Part shown: positions 47,751-62,274 of the stretch, piece by piece | How positions within the stretch are numbered: position 1 is the stretch's first letter | Layout of the letters: every line of letters begins with the position of its first letter | Origin: Marsupella aquatica | Taxonomy: Eukaryota; Plantae; Marchantiophyta | Reading direction: 5' to 3' | NCBI GenBank assembly: GCA_973895155.1 | Contig: OZ316895.1 | Location: forward strand, 20,598,803-20,662,802 | Length of the DNA stretch: 64,000 nt | Notes under the pieces: model-generated | Told to the model about the DNA's origin: nothing | Seen by the model: the letters and a program-made list of their open reading frames with translations, nothing else | Database searches by the model: none | Translations under genes and position numbers: made by a program

Positions 47751-50700
47751 TTTAGTTGCTTCTACCTCAACATGATTCAGCAAAAACTTGGGCCCTAGTT
47801 GGCCAGCAGAGCGGATTTTGCTCCACCTCGCCACCTAACTTTACCCTTAAATTAATGGAATATTCTTGGAATATTCTCACATTTGGTTTAAAACCCCCTA
47901 GGATTCTTATGATTCTCAGGATTGGATTAAAACAACCCTAATGTTCTTAAACAAAAATTTAAAAGTTTTTCATTAAACCCAATAAAAAACACTATACTTA
48001 TTTGCATGTGATGGGTTGGAAGAAAATAAATGAGGACTGAGGATTTAACCTTGGGTACTTGTTTGCCACAATTTCCAAAACACAAGGACCATACTTCCTC
48101 CAAATTTGCAACTGCAAATCCTCTGGAATTGTGTGTGCCTATCCTCTCCACTTATCACCCTTTATGGGTTTTGGGTTCCATCTTGTCCCCCTGGGCCCTC
48201 AGCTTACAAAATAACGAAACATACGTGCAAACATCCGATGGATATTAAATATCAAATCCGTGAATATTATAACACCATTCTAAGCAACAAGGTCCTTGTT
48301 TATATTTGCAACCGATTAGAAGAGGTGAAGGGTTTTTTAAAATGTGTCTCAAAGTTAATGAACTGAAGGGCCATGGTAATACCTAATGACACGCGTCACT
48401 TATTCATTGGACCACGTGTCATCAAACCAATGGATTAGGGTGTTCTAATTTCAAGAAGGACAATAGTGAAGCCCAATGGGTTTGTGTTGAGTGTGATGAT
48501 TCCAGTATTTGTAATATTTGCTCTCAGTTTTCAGAAGTGGATGCTCCCATCCCATATGTATGGAGTAACATTAAGAATCTATGGCCCAGTAAGATGTCTG
48601 GCATTTTACAGTAAGATGTCTGGCATTTTACAGAGAGGAGTAGTGGATGACTTCTTTGGCTTGTTAAGTGCAATATCACCTCTAATGTCTTGTAGTGAGA
48701 TTTTGTTGGAATCTTCTGGAGAACTTTGATATATGTAGTCCCGTATGTAGTTTAAATTGTGTGCTAAAGCCCCAATGGCTTTCACACATTGCCAAATATT
48801 ATATGGCAATGTGTTTGTTTAGTGTACTGTCTTGCCACTTAATGGTACATTAAATAAAATGTGCATTCATGATTGAATCTCTTCCCAACAGATTTTTTTT
48901 ATAACAAATGAAGGGTGTTTTAAATCCTCAAATCTATCTGATTATAATAACATAGGCAAATTTTATATAGGACTGAAAATTCTTTTTAGAACGAACAAGA
49001 TACATTTTAATGTTCTTCCAAAATATAACAAGGGGTACCTGGGGGGGCCTTCGGTCACAGGTATGTCTCATTACATTTCCCTTAGTGAGGGCCCAGGGTC
49101 TTGTCCTCAAATTCAGGCCCTTTTGGTTTAACAGGTCTTGCTTCTTGTTCTTCACAGCATGCTCAGGCAACCCGTCAGGTGATTTCCTTACTGACTGAGT
49201 TGACCTAGCCTTCTTTGCAGTGGAGTCAGACCTGCTCTTGATATTGCTTCATTGCTTCTCCTAAAGACTCTCCTCCGAGCTCTCCTCCAAACCCCATAGC
49301 TTCAACCATGCAGGTGTAGAGCCTGAAAATCCCCAATGCTTGTCCTGGTTGCGGTAGGGTGGTTCTTGAATTCATATCACTCTTTCATTGCCCATCAACA
49401 GCTCATCCAGCTTGTTACTCACTGAGGTCCATGAGAAGGTTCCCTTGATCAGCTCACCACCAAGGAATCATAAGCAAATGAAGCTGACATAATCTAGCAA
49501 GCTCCTGCTGCTTGATCCAATTTTGCTGCTTAATAAGTCACTACGAACTTAAGTGCTTCCTCCAGGAGACATGCCCATCTATCAATGTGATGCCTGATTT
49601 ATATTGCTCATCACAGCCCCAAACTTTGCTTGACCAGTCTCCAAACTTTGCTAGACTGAAACAGATCCCAACTCCACTTTTGTCTATTGCACAGTCATAG
49701 AGTGTGCTCTGCCATGAGAGATAGTAAACAAGTCATGTGACAAAATTCTTTGTGAAAACTCCAAAGGAACACTCCTTACACCCCTGTGCCTTGCGCTCGT
49801 GAAGCCATCAGTACAATAGTCCAATGGGATACTACTTACAGGCATATTATGCTCAGGGTCTCGCTATATGGAGACCTCCCCATCACCTGCGACATTTTTA
49901 GGCCTTGCACCCCTATAAAGTTGGAATATTCCTAAAGTCTTCCCATAGAACCAATAAAATGACCCTATTTTTTGTCGCACGTGATATGTCATTTTTGTGG
50001 AAGTGAAACCCTTGAGTATTTATGCCCTTTATTGCAACCCTAATCTTACTTAAGGCTGCCCAATGAATCCTCCATACCATTCAATGTTGTAGTGGGTTCC
50101 ATGGATACAGTTAATTTTTGATATTTCTGCTTCCCTTTATGTATTATATTATAATACACTTATTACAAAAACGATTCACCCCTAAAACCAAGTAATGATA
50201 CCTGGCCAATTTGGGAACATGGAAGTTTTAAAAGGCAGACTAAAAAGCCAATCAAAGTACAACAGAGTAAAAGCATGGACAGGGATAACAAACAGAATAA
50301 CAAGTAGGCTTAAATTCAAAAGAAGATGACAAATGCATAACCCAAGAAGAAAGAAGAAAGATAGATTTGTCACGCAATAGTGTGATGATATTGTCCATAT
50401 TAGTGTTGCAAGTGTAAGTAGGTTTGAGAGGGGAATGTTTAGGAAATGACATAAGTTCTTTATAACACAAAACCAAAAATGTTCTTGTACACTTCACAGA
50501 TTTTTTTCATCAGTCCAGGATCATACATGGTATCTTCAGAGTTTCATTAACTTAACCAATAATGAAGTTTTTAGTTTTATCAACCATTAGTCATCTCGGG
50601 GGCCTCAATCCAAGGGGTGTCCCATATCATGCACTAAGTTTTGGGGGAATAAACACCCTAAAACTAAAGTCAATAAAGTTTTTTTAGGAATTATTTTACC

Positions 50701-52951
50701 CCTATAGTTCCTATAATTCTCAAAATTGGATTAAAATAACCCCAATGTTCTTAAACAAACATCTAAAAGTATTTCACTAAACTCAACAAAAAAACCCTAT
50801 ATTTATTCGCGCGTGATGGGTCGGAAGAAAAGAAGTGAGAACCCTGGGTTAGTCAGGTGCTTGTGAAGGATTGAAGGTATCAGAAATTAAAATTTTTAGT
50901 AGTCTGCTTTGTTGAGCAGCGCCAGTCCAGGGGAGGAGATGGACACCAGAGCCACCCGGCTCCAACATATGCTTGTTTTGAATCTGCAAGTAATATTGAG
51001 GATATGGAGAACAGTCCATACCGTTTATAATGCTAATTGGACTGCCTGGAGGAGGGGGTGGCAGCCTTCTACAAATAGGCTGGTAAGATAGACTAGCATT
51101 AATATTTTTCTGGTAATTGAATTGATTTGCAAAACATATTGGAGGAGTAAAAATGTCACATTCCTAGAACAATCCACCATTTTCCATATCTCAGGGCAGC
51201 TCAGTGCTGGGAGGGATGCTGCCTAAACTCCCAGACCCTGGAATCACCAGGACATGGTGACTATCTGGGTTGGTGAGTTTCACACACCCCCATTTCTGGT
51301 TGGCGGGGCAGCTTCCCACTCTCCTTTATGGCCCGCATTAGGGTTCCACGCCACATTTGCCTCCTTATTCCTGGAGTGTGTCTACTCTATCGGTGATGGG
51401 AACTACCACATTCTTCAATGTGGCCAAAAAAAAATATATATATATAGTAATTAATCTACAAAAGCTGGCAAGTCATGATATTTGACCAGAAAAGTAGCAA
51501 TAGTAAAACCCAGTGAATAATAGTAGTTGACTAAAGTCGCGGAGAAGACTGGCATCGTAGAAGAAAGAACTGACTCCAATGTGACAAAAGGTGGAAGTCT
51601 GAGAACCAAGACTTCCCCCTTGTATTGGCCCAAAGGAGCTAACCATGATGCGATGCAATGCAATGCAATCTTGAATGGCGATGAACACAATGTCGTACTC
51701 AACTGAACAGATATAGAAGAATATAATTTGTTGTTCTCATTGAAAAAAACACATTGAAACTATCCATTTACATAACACTGCCAAAGAAGAAAAAGCGCCA
51801 CATAGAGGAAGAATGTTATTCTACTCTGATACCTCGGTCTTTTGCCCTTTTTGTGCTCCAGTTGTCACAACACTCAATTGTATAAATTTTAATTGACACT
51901 CCACCCCCAAGATCTAGGGGCATGAGTGGACTCAAGTTTCAGATTGACTTGTTGCCATTTTTTAAAGAATACCATTTTTTAAAGAATATCCAACTTCCAA
52001 GCATCTCGTTTGGATCTGACACTTTCTCCTCTTGTACATTATTTGATGAGGGCATTTTGATTCTGACCAAAGTGGCTATATCAGAACAAGAAGCTAGATT
52101 GCAACTACTGGGCTGCTAAGCAAATGGATCTCAAAATGGAGAAAACTATGTGAAAGGGTTGAAAAAGATCCTCAATGGATCAAAAGGTGAAAGAAATTTA
52201 TGTAGACAGCTCAAATCCCATTTTAGACTCTGAAGAGTGAACAATCACGTTTTCTATGTTAAAGAAGGATCTAAATTGGGACGTTGCAAATATTGTCAAA
52301 GCACAAAGTAGATTCTCCACAACAAATTGAACCCTTATTTCCTAGGAGATAGAATCAAAAAGGCTTGAGCAGCGTACATCTTAACAATTTTCTTTACGGA
52401 CCCCACTAGAGGTCCCTTCCAAAATTTGAGACTCCACATTGCGCCATGTCATTGAAACGCGCTGAACAGGTACGGATTGGTTTACAAAATAAAATTGCTT
52501 CAACATTCGTATCTGTGGCATGATTTTGGTAGAATTGAGGACGCCATGCCGTAAGCCTTGATGTAAAAATGTTTGAAAAATAAGCATTTTATTTACCCTC
52601 AGTAACAGACTATTCAATTAGTAGGAGCCCACCTTCAGTTTTTTTACCCTGAGTAACCGCTGCCCACCCGCATTCTGAATTGTGTTTCAATTGAATAATA
52701 ATTCTAAATCTCTCTCGGCAAGTTGATCTGATGACAAAGTAATCATGACAATTTTCTCGACCTTCTGCTGCCACAAAGGAAGAAGTGGACATGATTCTAT
52801 GTTGGATCACCCAACACTCCTTTCCATGGCGTCATCATTGCAGTTCCTAACTCGGTGATGCCTCTCGTTACTGTTAGATTGTCCAACGCATGAGGCACGA
52901 GTGAACGAAAGAGAAGCAAGCTTAGCAGGGTTCAATAAGGGCCTTGTCTAC

Positions 52952-53101
52952 ATGCAAATGGTGTTGAAGAGCCTGAGCATGAAAGAAGGACATAGTTATA
53001 AGAAGTATCAACAGATGATCAAGGGAGTCGATGCGGACGGTAATGGGAAGGTGGACTTTCAGGAGTTCAAGGAGTTGATGTGGTCTCATGCTTTCCATTA
53101 A
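52952..53101 (+). pseudogene. C-terminal fragment of a calmodulin-like (CML) EF-hand protein gene
   Basis: QMVLKSLSMKEGHSYKKYQQMIKGVDADGNGKVDFQEFKELM resembles the plant CML C-terminus (VL.SLG.K.G.....C..MI..VD.DGDG.V.F.EFK.MM) with a canonical 12-residue loop DADGNGKVDFQE. No upstream EF-hands found. Confidence 0.8.
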
Positions 53102-53399
53102 TAGGGGCTGCAAAAGACAAAGCTTCGTTCCAACTTTCAGGAGTAGCGGGACTGTTGTACATTTACTCCTCTCTGCACGAGCTACGACGACTTCATGGAA
53201 TGAAAGCTGGAGGAATTTGGTCGGCCAGTTGTCCCTGTTCTACTTACCTATGACACAGGTGCGGCATCCACACATCTATACAATGTCACAAAGACCATCA
53301 AAAACTGAGGACTCTACCTCAAGCTCGTCAAACAGAATTTCCGGAGATGCGCATTGCAGCGAACTTCCATTTCTTCAAATGCTTTACTGACAAATAATT

Positions 53400-54040
53400 T
53401 ACAATGATTGCCATCGCGCAACCAAAACGTCATAATAATAATTGAAATCTCATCCTAACCTACTCACTATACCTCAACTTTTTCTACATTATAAAGGCCG
53501 TGGCTCTATGGTCTCCGTGTAGATGTATGCCCCAGCGCCTTCTCTGCCGCAAGGGGCACATAGAGCAAACCAGATAAACAACCATCATGTAAAGAGCCTT
53601 CCGCTTTGCAGAACAAGAACAGTCGACAATCATGTAGAGCCGTTTCTTGTTGTGTCAATTACAAGTGAGAGAGATGAGGTTTTTTTTGAAGCAGGAGAGG
53701 AGGCGCTGAGAAATTGCTAGGCGATTGAGGGGCGCAAATAGACAAGAAGAACTAGATTGAAGGGGAAACCAATCATTAAACCAAGGAAGAATCACAAACA
53801 ATTCATAAGGACAGTACACGATCAAAATTGCCAGAAGAGATCAGAGGACTGTTCCCTGTAGAAGCGAGAAGGAGAGAAATCCACAACCACCACAGGTAGC
53901 TCTACCACCTTGCTTTCGACTTGTGCTGCTCTTTCCACTATTTTCCTGGTCATTATGAAGAAGATTACAAATTCACATTTGTATGAGGTAATTTCATTAA
54001 AATTCGTAAAACTATCTCATCATAATAGTCTCTGATACCA
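53400..54040 (-). mobile_element. Degraded LTR-retrotransposon 5' fragment with a tRNA-Met PBS
   Basis: CTCTGATACCA at 54030-54040 is TGGTATCAGAG on the minus strand; a downstream KKNLISL-like remnant resembles the copia protease region. Confidence 0.4.
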
Positions 54041-56920
54041 TAACATTTTGGACCATAATAGCCTCTCACAACTTGAGTTAAAGCTAATATTACATACATA
54101 ATTTTTACTCAAAGAAGGCCTAAAAAATGTAGCCAGGGGGTCCATGAAATAATTGTTGCTGGTGTCCTGAATGTCACCTTGTGTGAAGGAGAAGAACCTG
54201 GGAATATTCCTTATCTAGGTGTCCTAGATTTAAGGATAACCATTAGATTCTAACAATTGGGTTTGTGGCTAGGCTGAAAATTGGCTAATCAAAGATAAAA
54301 ATCCTAGCAACCTGGCCTTTTGCAAAACAATAACGACAGAGGTGAAATCTAGCAAATATTAGCATCTAATGTAATCATGTGAGGAAGTTTTGCCTAGCTT
54401 GGCTCTCAAGTGGCACCTGCAAGGGATATTAATTTCAGGTGGGAAGTCATTTGATGTCTTTGAGTTCCATTTGGTTTAGAGGCATAAAACCAATAGGAAA
54501 GAGCATAAACGATACTTCAGTTTGTTCTTGATTTTGTGGGAAAGATGTTGAGATCAAATCGGACAACATGTTATAATGGGACATGCAACAATGAGTTGAC
54601 ACTGACAAAGAGAGTAGGTACCCCTGCTGTGCTATGTCCACGGCCGTGAGAGAACAATCATTATGAGTTACATAACAAGTACATCCACCATAGCCTAGTT
54701 CACTATGACCTGATCTCTCTCACCACCGCTCTCACCTTCACTGCCTGTGTATATAAATAACTGAACTATCAAATGTGAGTACAACTTTATGTTCTCCTTG
54801 GGTTTTAATACCCCCTCCCATGATCTATGGGAACTTGGAACTTAAACAAGCGTCATTCTAGTATGCGAAAGCCTGACTAGTACTATGGAAAAAAATAGGT
54901 TATACTAGAGGCATAACCTAACAAAAGAGAAGGGAATTAAACCCTAACTAAGGATGCAAGCAACAAAACACAAATATTTTACCTTTGGTTGACAAGGGAA
55001 AATCCGTAGGGACACTTACTTGCTAGAACGTCAATCAATCAAAAGAATTATAAAGATGCATTTAATTTGTTTATGGCCCCCAAAAAGTGCCTTCCAAATT
55101 CATTGGCACCACGTGCACCCACATCATGAATTTCCATCCCAAGCAAGATAGTCTATGTCACACAATTATAAGTACCATTAGAGTATATCATGTCCTCTAA
55201 GTTCATAGCTTTTATATATGTGCTATTTGATCAATTGAGGGTTTTGATACGTTTGGAGGGATAGTTTTCTCCTTCTGGTGACTTGAGGGCCTCATCTTTC
55301 AATGTTGAGCCTTCAAACATGAGCTCTGGCGACTGTGGTGTGGCCGACCAGGTTGTGTGCACGTGAATGTGGAATCCTTGAGTACAAGGTGCGTCAGACT
55401 TGACATACATGTGTGATTGGATTGGGTGGAACTTGTGTGTTGTTGGAATTGATTGCATTTTGATTTTTGTGAAAATAAAAATTGAATGATCATACGCAAA
55501 CTCTAGTGTGCAAACTGTACCGACAAAATTAAGTTTAGTTTTATTTTGACTTTGTTTACGATGGTTCATGACAACTTGAATCAATACGATTTGTATTTGA
55601 TGTGGATTTGAGGTATCTCAAATCATTGGTGCTTTTGATTGAATTCTGCTATTCAATCTGGTTCAATGCAAGCATGTATGGTGGAGCTTGCTTGAGTAAC
55701 AAAGAGCACTGCAATGTTGTTGGATCTAGTTGATTGATGGTTAGGTTTGTTGATTGCAAATCTAATCATTTTTGTGAAGGTTGTATTTTGTGTGCTGATT
55801 TGTACAAGTTTAGGTCATCATGAGTAATATTGATGTTTTCACAAAGGAGACTATTTTGAAGCTATTACAATGGTAAGTAATTGATGATGTACTTCAAGTC
55901 ATGTTGGGAAAGACCCCGGGAAAAACAGTCATTTTGGAGGAGAGCACATAGAAAAATTTATAAGTACTGCTGGGTAATATAGTATATATGGAGAAGCCGA
56001 TATAACCAAATCTCACAAGGAGATGACTCAATTTTGGCCCGAATTTTGGCATTCCCTGCTAGATCACATGTGAGAATGGTTTGGCTATCTTGCGGATGAA
56101 TGAGCTTATTTTTTATTAGTAGTCCTATAAATTATGTTTCTGTAAGCATTGCATTTTTGAAAAGCAACATAGGTGTGCTTTGGTGGTGGAACTCATTATT
56201 CCAAAGTGATTCTTGAGTATATACATAGCCACGTGTGAGGTTCATCCCCAATTCCCTAACACTCTAAAAAGTTGTACTATGTTTAATTCATTGACAATTA
56301 CTGAAGATTGGTGTGGATTTATTTTATGACATATAAGTCTAATGTCTTGCCCATTTTTAAGAAGTGGAAGGCCCATGTACGGCTCCAATCAGACTGGAAA
56401 CATAGTTTAATATTTGCATACAATTCAAGAATGAAAAGTCTACATTCAGACAATGACACAGAGTACATTTCAGTGTACAAACTATGAGATCCTATTGTCT
56501 ATAAGCTTCTTGTTAGTAAAGATGTTTACTTCAATAAATCCAGATTATTGAAGGAGGGGGAGAATACTCAGACTACCAAATGAAAATCTTTCATCCCGGA
56601 TCTTATTGAGGAGAAGATTGATCATTCAGAGGGAGGTTCATGATTGAAGAGAAGGAGATCCTCCAAGTATGGAATTGGGTCGTGTGCCACAAGAAGAAGA
56701 GGGGTTTATTGATGCTAGTCAATAGCAAGTGATTGCTACTTAGCTTCACATTGTACTAGCAGATGCGGACCAACAGGATTCATCAACTAGAAAAACGTTT
56801 GGTTGCATTGTTCTCGCTATATAGATTACAATAAGCTAGATCAAATGGATGTTGTCACATTGTTCCTCGATCTATGGTACCTTGGAAGAAATGATCTTCA
56901 TGAGACGGCTGATCAGTTTT

Positions 56921-57127
56921 ATTTTTATTTATTTTGAATTTTGAATTTTTTTATAGCGCCTTAATAAAGCCTTACCAATTTTAGGGGCTATTCACTTGCA
57001 ATAGGGCCTTTTTTCTGAAAGGGAAATCTGTGAAACCCCACACAAAGGGAAGAGTAAGCCACAATAGTTGAACCCGAGACCTATCAATATTTACTCAAGT
57101 GAGCTACCACAAAGTCATGCCTCTGGG
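56921..57127 (-). mobile_element. tRNA-derived SINE-like element inserted in the copia RT region
   Basis: Minus strand GGCATGACTTTGTGGT...GGGTTCAACT...A-rich tail. ~15-bp TSD CGGCTGATCAGTTTT (56906) / CAGCTGATAGGTTTT (57128). Interrupts the M.QP.GF motif; homologous to 24981-25100. Confidence 0.75.
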
Positions 57128-58561
57128 CAGCTGATAGGTTTTATGACAAAAGGGTAGAAGGAATTGGTTTGTTGATTGCTAAAATCCTTGTTTGGGTTGA
57201 AGAATTTACCAAGATAGTGGAATAAATGGTTTGACAATTGGATCGTGAACAAAGCTTTCACAACTTGATTGAGTATGTTCGATCCTTGTGTATACTTAAA
57301 TGACATGTATTTGAAATCATGGAAGAATGTTGTCTTTAATTGGGTTCATTAATTTAGTGGTTAATGTGGATGACATGCTTATTGCAACCAAAGATAGATC
57401 TGAGATTGGTAAGCTCAAAACACTACTTAGTGTAGAGTTTAAGATGAAGGACTTAAGGCCAACTAAGAGGATTTTGAATATGGAGATTATTAGGGACTTG
57501 GAGGCTCGTAGGCTATGATTGATGTTGGAAATTATGCAAGGAAGGTAATCATCAGGGTCAACAAGGGGGATAGCAAGCTAGTAAGTACCCATTTGGCTGT
57601 AAACTTCAAGTTGTCATCAGTTTTCTCTCCTACAAATGCAATAGAGAAGAGGCTGATATCAAAGGCTCCTTATGATAAGGCAATGAGAAGTCTCATCATG
57701 TATTTGATGGCTTACACTAGACCTGATCTTGTCATGGCTATGGGTACTTAAGGTGAGCAGGTACATGTCAAATTCATGAAAGGTACATTGGAAAGCAATG
57801 AAGTGGATTATCAAGTACTTGAAGGGTACCATGGACCATGGTCTTCTATTTGATGCAAATGCATAGAATGCTAAATCATTGATTGACTACGTAGATTTTG
57901 ACAATGGACAAGATTTGGATCAAAGGGGTTGAGTTTACCATCGGACTTAGTCTGCCTGATAAAATGATACTTGATGTCAATTTGCTTCACTTTATTGTCA
58001 ATTATTTGGTTCACAACAAGTTGGAACACACTCTTACTATCACAATGGAGCTTGAACACATTCCCTATGACAATCTCATCTTAGTGAGAAGTCTCTTGGA
58101 ACCAAATTGGTTCCATTGTTGCTTCCACTGTTGCAACATACTCCACTTATGTAGTAGACTACGCTATGCAATTTTGCAAAATAGACCTCCATCTTATGAA
58201 TTCATCGCCCAATGTGAAAGCATACCCTGTTGTTGATCTCACCTATGCCTTAAATACAAAAGTAATCCCTGGGGAGAGTTTTTTTACTTAATAGACACGG
58301 TGATATATGCTGCACGTTCTGCAATCATGCCTAAAGGAGGAGTCTAGGAGAGGGTAGTTGAAAATCTGTTAGAGTGAGTGTGATGGTTTGGATGATCTTG
58401 TTTCCATGTAATAGGCTACGGCTTAGTTTTAATTTGGTTTAGTTAGTTAGAGAGGGGTGGGGAGAGCAGGAACCAGTTTGACTTTTGTCCAAAAGTTTCC
58501 ACTGAGGAAACATACAAGCTAGCAATATTACCCTCCCCTAGACTATAGCCAATGGGGAGAT

Positions 58562-58903
58562 TGTTAGCCCTTTACTCTTTGGTCTAGAGTTACAACTGTT
58601 ACTGTAGTTAGGATTATCCTTAGTCGCAAACTTGGTTAGGCTAGTCATGTTGCACAATACATCCCCAAGTGATGTTTGCTTGGATATGAGGAACTCAGGT
58701 TCATTGTTACAAGGTCAGTTGAAAGATATGGAGATCTTGTATTGCAAAGTCTTGGTATGGCTAACGGGCCTAGAGTGCAGTAAAACTCTTTTTTATGTCC
58801 ATAGACATAGCCTCAACTTAGGTGAACGACACATCTCTTTGTGTTGGCTTCTTGCGTTGGATGATCATGGGCTTGCCGTTGTGAATGTCATCTTTACTCA
58901 ACA
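58562..58903 (+). repeat. 3' LTR of the copia element
   Basis: TGTTAG immediately after the PPT; ends CTCAACA; similar to 483-811 and 41941-42224. Confidence 0.85.
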
Positions 58904-60126
58904 GATTGTGGGTTTGGACATGTATGGAAATGAGTTCCACTTGAATCCTTTTTTTTATATATTTGATGTCTTTACTATTTGTGATGTTGGATTGTGCCTA
59001 TATATATTTGGATGCGTATGACAAACAATGTATGTTGTGTAGCAATGTGTATGTGCACGACATCTATACTTGTGATAACAAACAAACATGACCATTTGTG
59101 TTTGATGCAAGCCAAACAAAAATAGTTAGACTTGGAAACTATAAACAAACCAACAAAATTAAAGCTAAAGCTAGAAGAACAAATACCATGGATAATACTA
59201 TTGGCCAATATTGCACATCATTCGCAAAAAAAGATGCATGCGGCTGGATTTGTTCTATCAATGGATGTGATCAAATGTTGATGATTATTGGTGATAGTGT
59301 GCACTTTAAAGTAGGAGTACTCTTGGTCACTAAGCTATTACTTTTGATTATTCAGAAGGTTATTTCTGTGCTAGTGGGCCAATATATAGGCATAGTGAGA
59401 TGCTCAAAAGAGTTAGCCATAATTGTCTTGCCTCAATTCATTCTCTGAGAGTTTTTATGCTATAGATTGCCTAGCTTGGGAACCTACTTAGTGATTCATT
59501 TCAAAGAAATTGATTTCCCAAAGCTTGCACCCTAATCAAGCCAATCAAATGAAAGTAAAACAGAACAAATATATTGTAGACCAGGATCATAGGCCTTTGT
59601 TTTTGCTTGATACAAGGATGATGAAACAAAGTATTGAGACAAGTCTTGATACAAGGATGATGAGACTGAGAGAATTTAATTTCTTGTTACAAAAAGCTGT
59701 GGAGGAATCCAATTTGGTCTTATAGTACTTAAAAACCACCAATGTGTCCAAACCTGTACAGGGCATGACAAAATAGCTTTTTTTAAGTTATGTTAAGAAC
59801 ACTATTGACTTATAATGGTAACCTGCATCTACAAAGGGACTATGGCTGTTTAAGTAATATCAGCTTCCCTTCAAGCATTAAAGTATACATAAAGACAGGG
59901 TCCAAGAACTATTTAGGAAGTCCCTGCAAAGCAACAAACTAGCATGCAGACCTGGCAAGATGCCCAAGCAGGAGGAAATCCGCATTGGTTTCTCTAACGA
60001 CCAACACAACAAGCAGGCCTTCAATGCCAAAAGTCACTTTCAGGGAACTGAGGTGGATGCAGAGGCAAGCTCCACCACTCAATGACGCACAGAGATACAA
60101 TGTATCTCAACACTGGAGATACATTG

Positions 60127-61280
60127 TTTTTTTGGGGGGGACCTTTTTTCCGCAAAAAACCAGGACAGGGCCGGAACCCACACAAAGGCCCAGGGGACAA
60201 GAGCCGCCCCGGGCGAGAACGATGACACACCTAATCCAGCCAAAAGACCTGATGTAACCCGTGGGGTAACCCTGAGCCACATTCACCATGGTTCCTCATC
60301 ATCCTCTGTCTACCTCTACTCTCACAAAATTTGTTAACGACATACAAGTCCTGTTTCCTCCATGGAGGATTGATTTCCCCTGAGTTCTGTCTGCTGCTAG
60401 TCTTATGGTTCCTATTTTTAGTCTTTCTGAGCTGTTCATCCATCCAAAACTGTCCTTGGCGACTGGGTGCCATCTCATCTTTAGCTGTCATCAATAGTGA
60501 GGTTTAATGCAATTGGGTTTTCAGTTTGCTCCCAAGGTTTCAGCACGATCTGCAATTGGTCAAGTGCTTGCCTAATTTGCTTTTGTTTCCTGAGCGTGGT
60601 CCACCCCTCATAAAGAGTGCTAAGATGAGCAGCAGCTTGTCTGAGGACCACCCATCCCGGGAGTCTCCCTAGGAATTGGGCATAGGTAGCGGCATTCCTT
60701 TATTTTCATATGCTATGGCACATCTCCATCAAAATGATGTGGACCAGGTTTCTGTTTATGTGTCTTCACAGCATAGGAGAGTGCACTGAACAGGCTCAGG
60801 TTTGGAAACTTCAGTGAGCCTGGGGAATCCTGCAGGGCGTTGTGCACTTCTCTCCATGTCTCCATCACTGTCTGGCAGCTGTAGAACAGGTGTTCAGTGT
60901 TTTCAAAACAAGTTTTGCATCGAGCACAACATCGTTGACCTTCCAATGACTACCCCGGCCATTGGTGAAGAAACCATGGTTAAGCAGCCTCCACACCAAA
61001 AACGTAACTTTCAGAAACACCCTCCCCATAGGTTCTCCCACAAGTTGTGCCATTGTTCTTCTGTCTGCGTCTGTCCCCACCTCTTGTTGAGCTTGGTCAC
61101 ATCCACCATTTCATGTGTACCACATTGCGCCCACACTTGATTTGGAAATCTCCAGCCCCGATTCTTCCCTTTCTAGGGCCATTGCCAACATTCACAGTCC
61201 TGCAGTTTTGGAGATACATTGTTCACCTCACTAGAGGCTCCATCCACAAGAACTCACCAGAGAGAATTACTGAACTCTAA
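60127..61280 (-). mobile_element. 5'-truncated, degenerate L1-like LINE (zf-RVT region and 3' tail)
   Basis: KVTFLVWRLLNHGFFTN and CARCKTCFENTEHLFYSC...W (zf-RVT CxxC...HLFxxC) in frameshifted pieces; T-tract at ~60127. Confidence 0.8.
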
Positions 61281-61784
61281 GTTCATTGGCCATATTGAGT
61301 TTCCACAAACTGAGCTCTTCATACCTTCCAATTGGCTCCATAAAAATGAACCTAAGTTTCATCCAGTGACTAAGTCCTGCTAGAGTAAGTAGTAGTTGCA
61401 CATTGAATTGTAACCAAACACTTGACTATGGTTTGACTAACTATGGGTACATACTAACTCTAGACCTAAGGGTAAATGCATAACAACTGAAAATTAGCGT
61501 AGGCTTCAAGCTGCTCAAACCAGGGTAAGAATAATGTAACCTAGCCCAAATACCCTTGCTTATGCACAAGAGGGTGTTAAGCAAACAATTACTCAAAGAT
61601 AAACTACCAATCACCTTATATAAGAAGGAAGTGTACAAGACCTCCCCCTTTTTCCACATTCCACATTACACCCATTTTCTCTGTTGTGCCCTTATGCTCG
61701 ACAAATTCAGGAAAAAAGTGACTATTTAGGATGAAACCTGGTGGATCCAGGTTTGTCATCCTTAGTGGCTGTTCAAAGTGTGAA

Positions 61785-62255
61785 GGGTGATTGCTAATTT
61801 AGTATAGTCTTCATTACTATTTAAATAAGAGTAATTCAACATCACTAATTCAGTGCTGTCATTTGATTAAACTATGGAGGGCATATAGATAGATGTAGTC
61901 TTCATTGGTATTTCAATATGAATAATTCAACATCAAGAATTCAACGCTTTCATCAGGCTAAATCGTGGAGGGTCGATTGCAAATTAAAGCATATAGATGT
62001 AGCCTTCATTGATATTTGAATAAGAAAGTTTCAACTTCAGGAGTTCAATGCTTTCTTATAGTTCATTTGTGGAGGGCCCATCACAAATTACAATATAGAT
62101 GTAGTCTCAATTGATATTTGAATAAGAGCAAATTAACATCAGGAATTTAATGCTTTCTTCTAGATAAAGTGTTGGGGGGTCATAGAAGAGATGATGAAGT
62201 CATCATTGACATTTGGATAAGTATAATGCAAGAAGGGATGCAATGCGATCTTTCA
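61785..62255 (+). repeat. Degenerate ~90-105-bp tandem repeat, about 5 copies
   Basis: GATGTAGTCTTCATTG.TATTT.AATAAGA..AATTCAACATCA.GAATTCAATGCTTTC...GTGGAGGG recurs. Confidence 0.8.
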
Positions 62256-62274
62256 TAAACACTGCCAAAATATA

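Larger units (their letters stand above)
56030..58903 (+). mobile_element. Degenerate Ty1/copia retrotransposon (integrase, RT and RNase H remnants, PPT, 3' LTR)
   Basis: Remnant motifs YIHS.VW, FKKWKA, NVDDMLIA, FKMKDL, TRPDL, HWKAMKWIIKYLKGT, YVDFD...DLDQR; RNase H STT.VEY and LHCDSKS...IDIKYHFIR (inverted); PPT ATGGGGAGAT at 58552-58561. Confidence 0.9.

Noticed and set aside
1631-58606. Recurrent TACAGTA/TACTGTA heptamer
   Set aside because: The count by eye is close to chance expectation for an AT-rich 7-mer in 64 kb.
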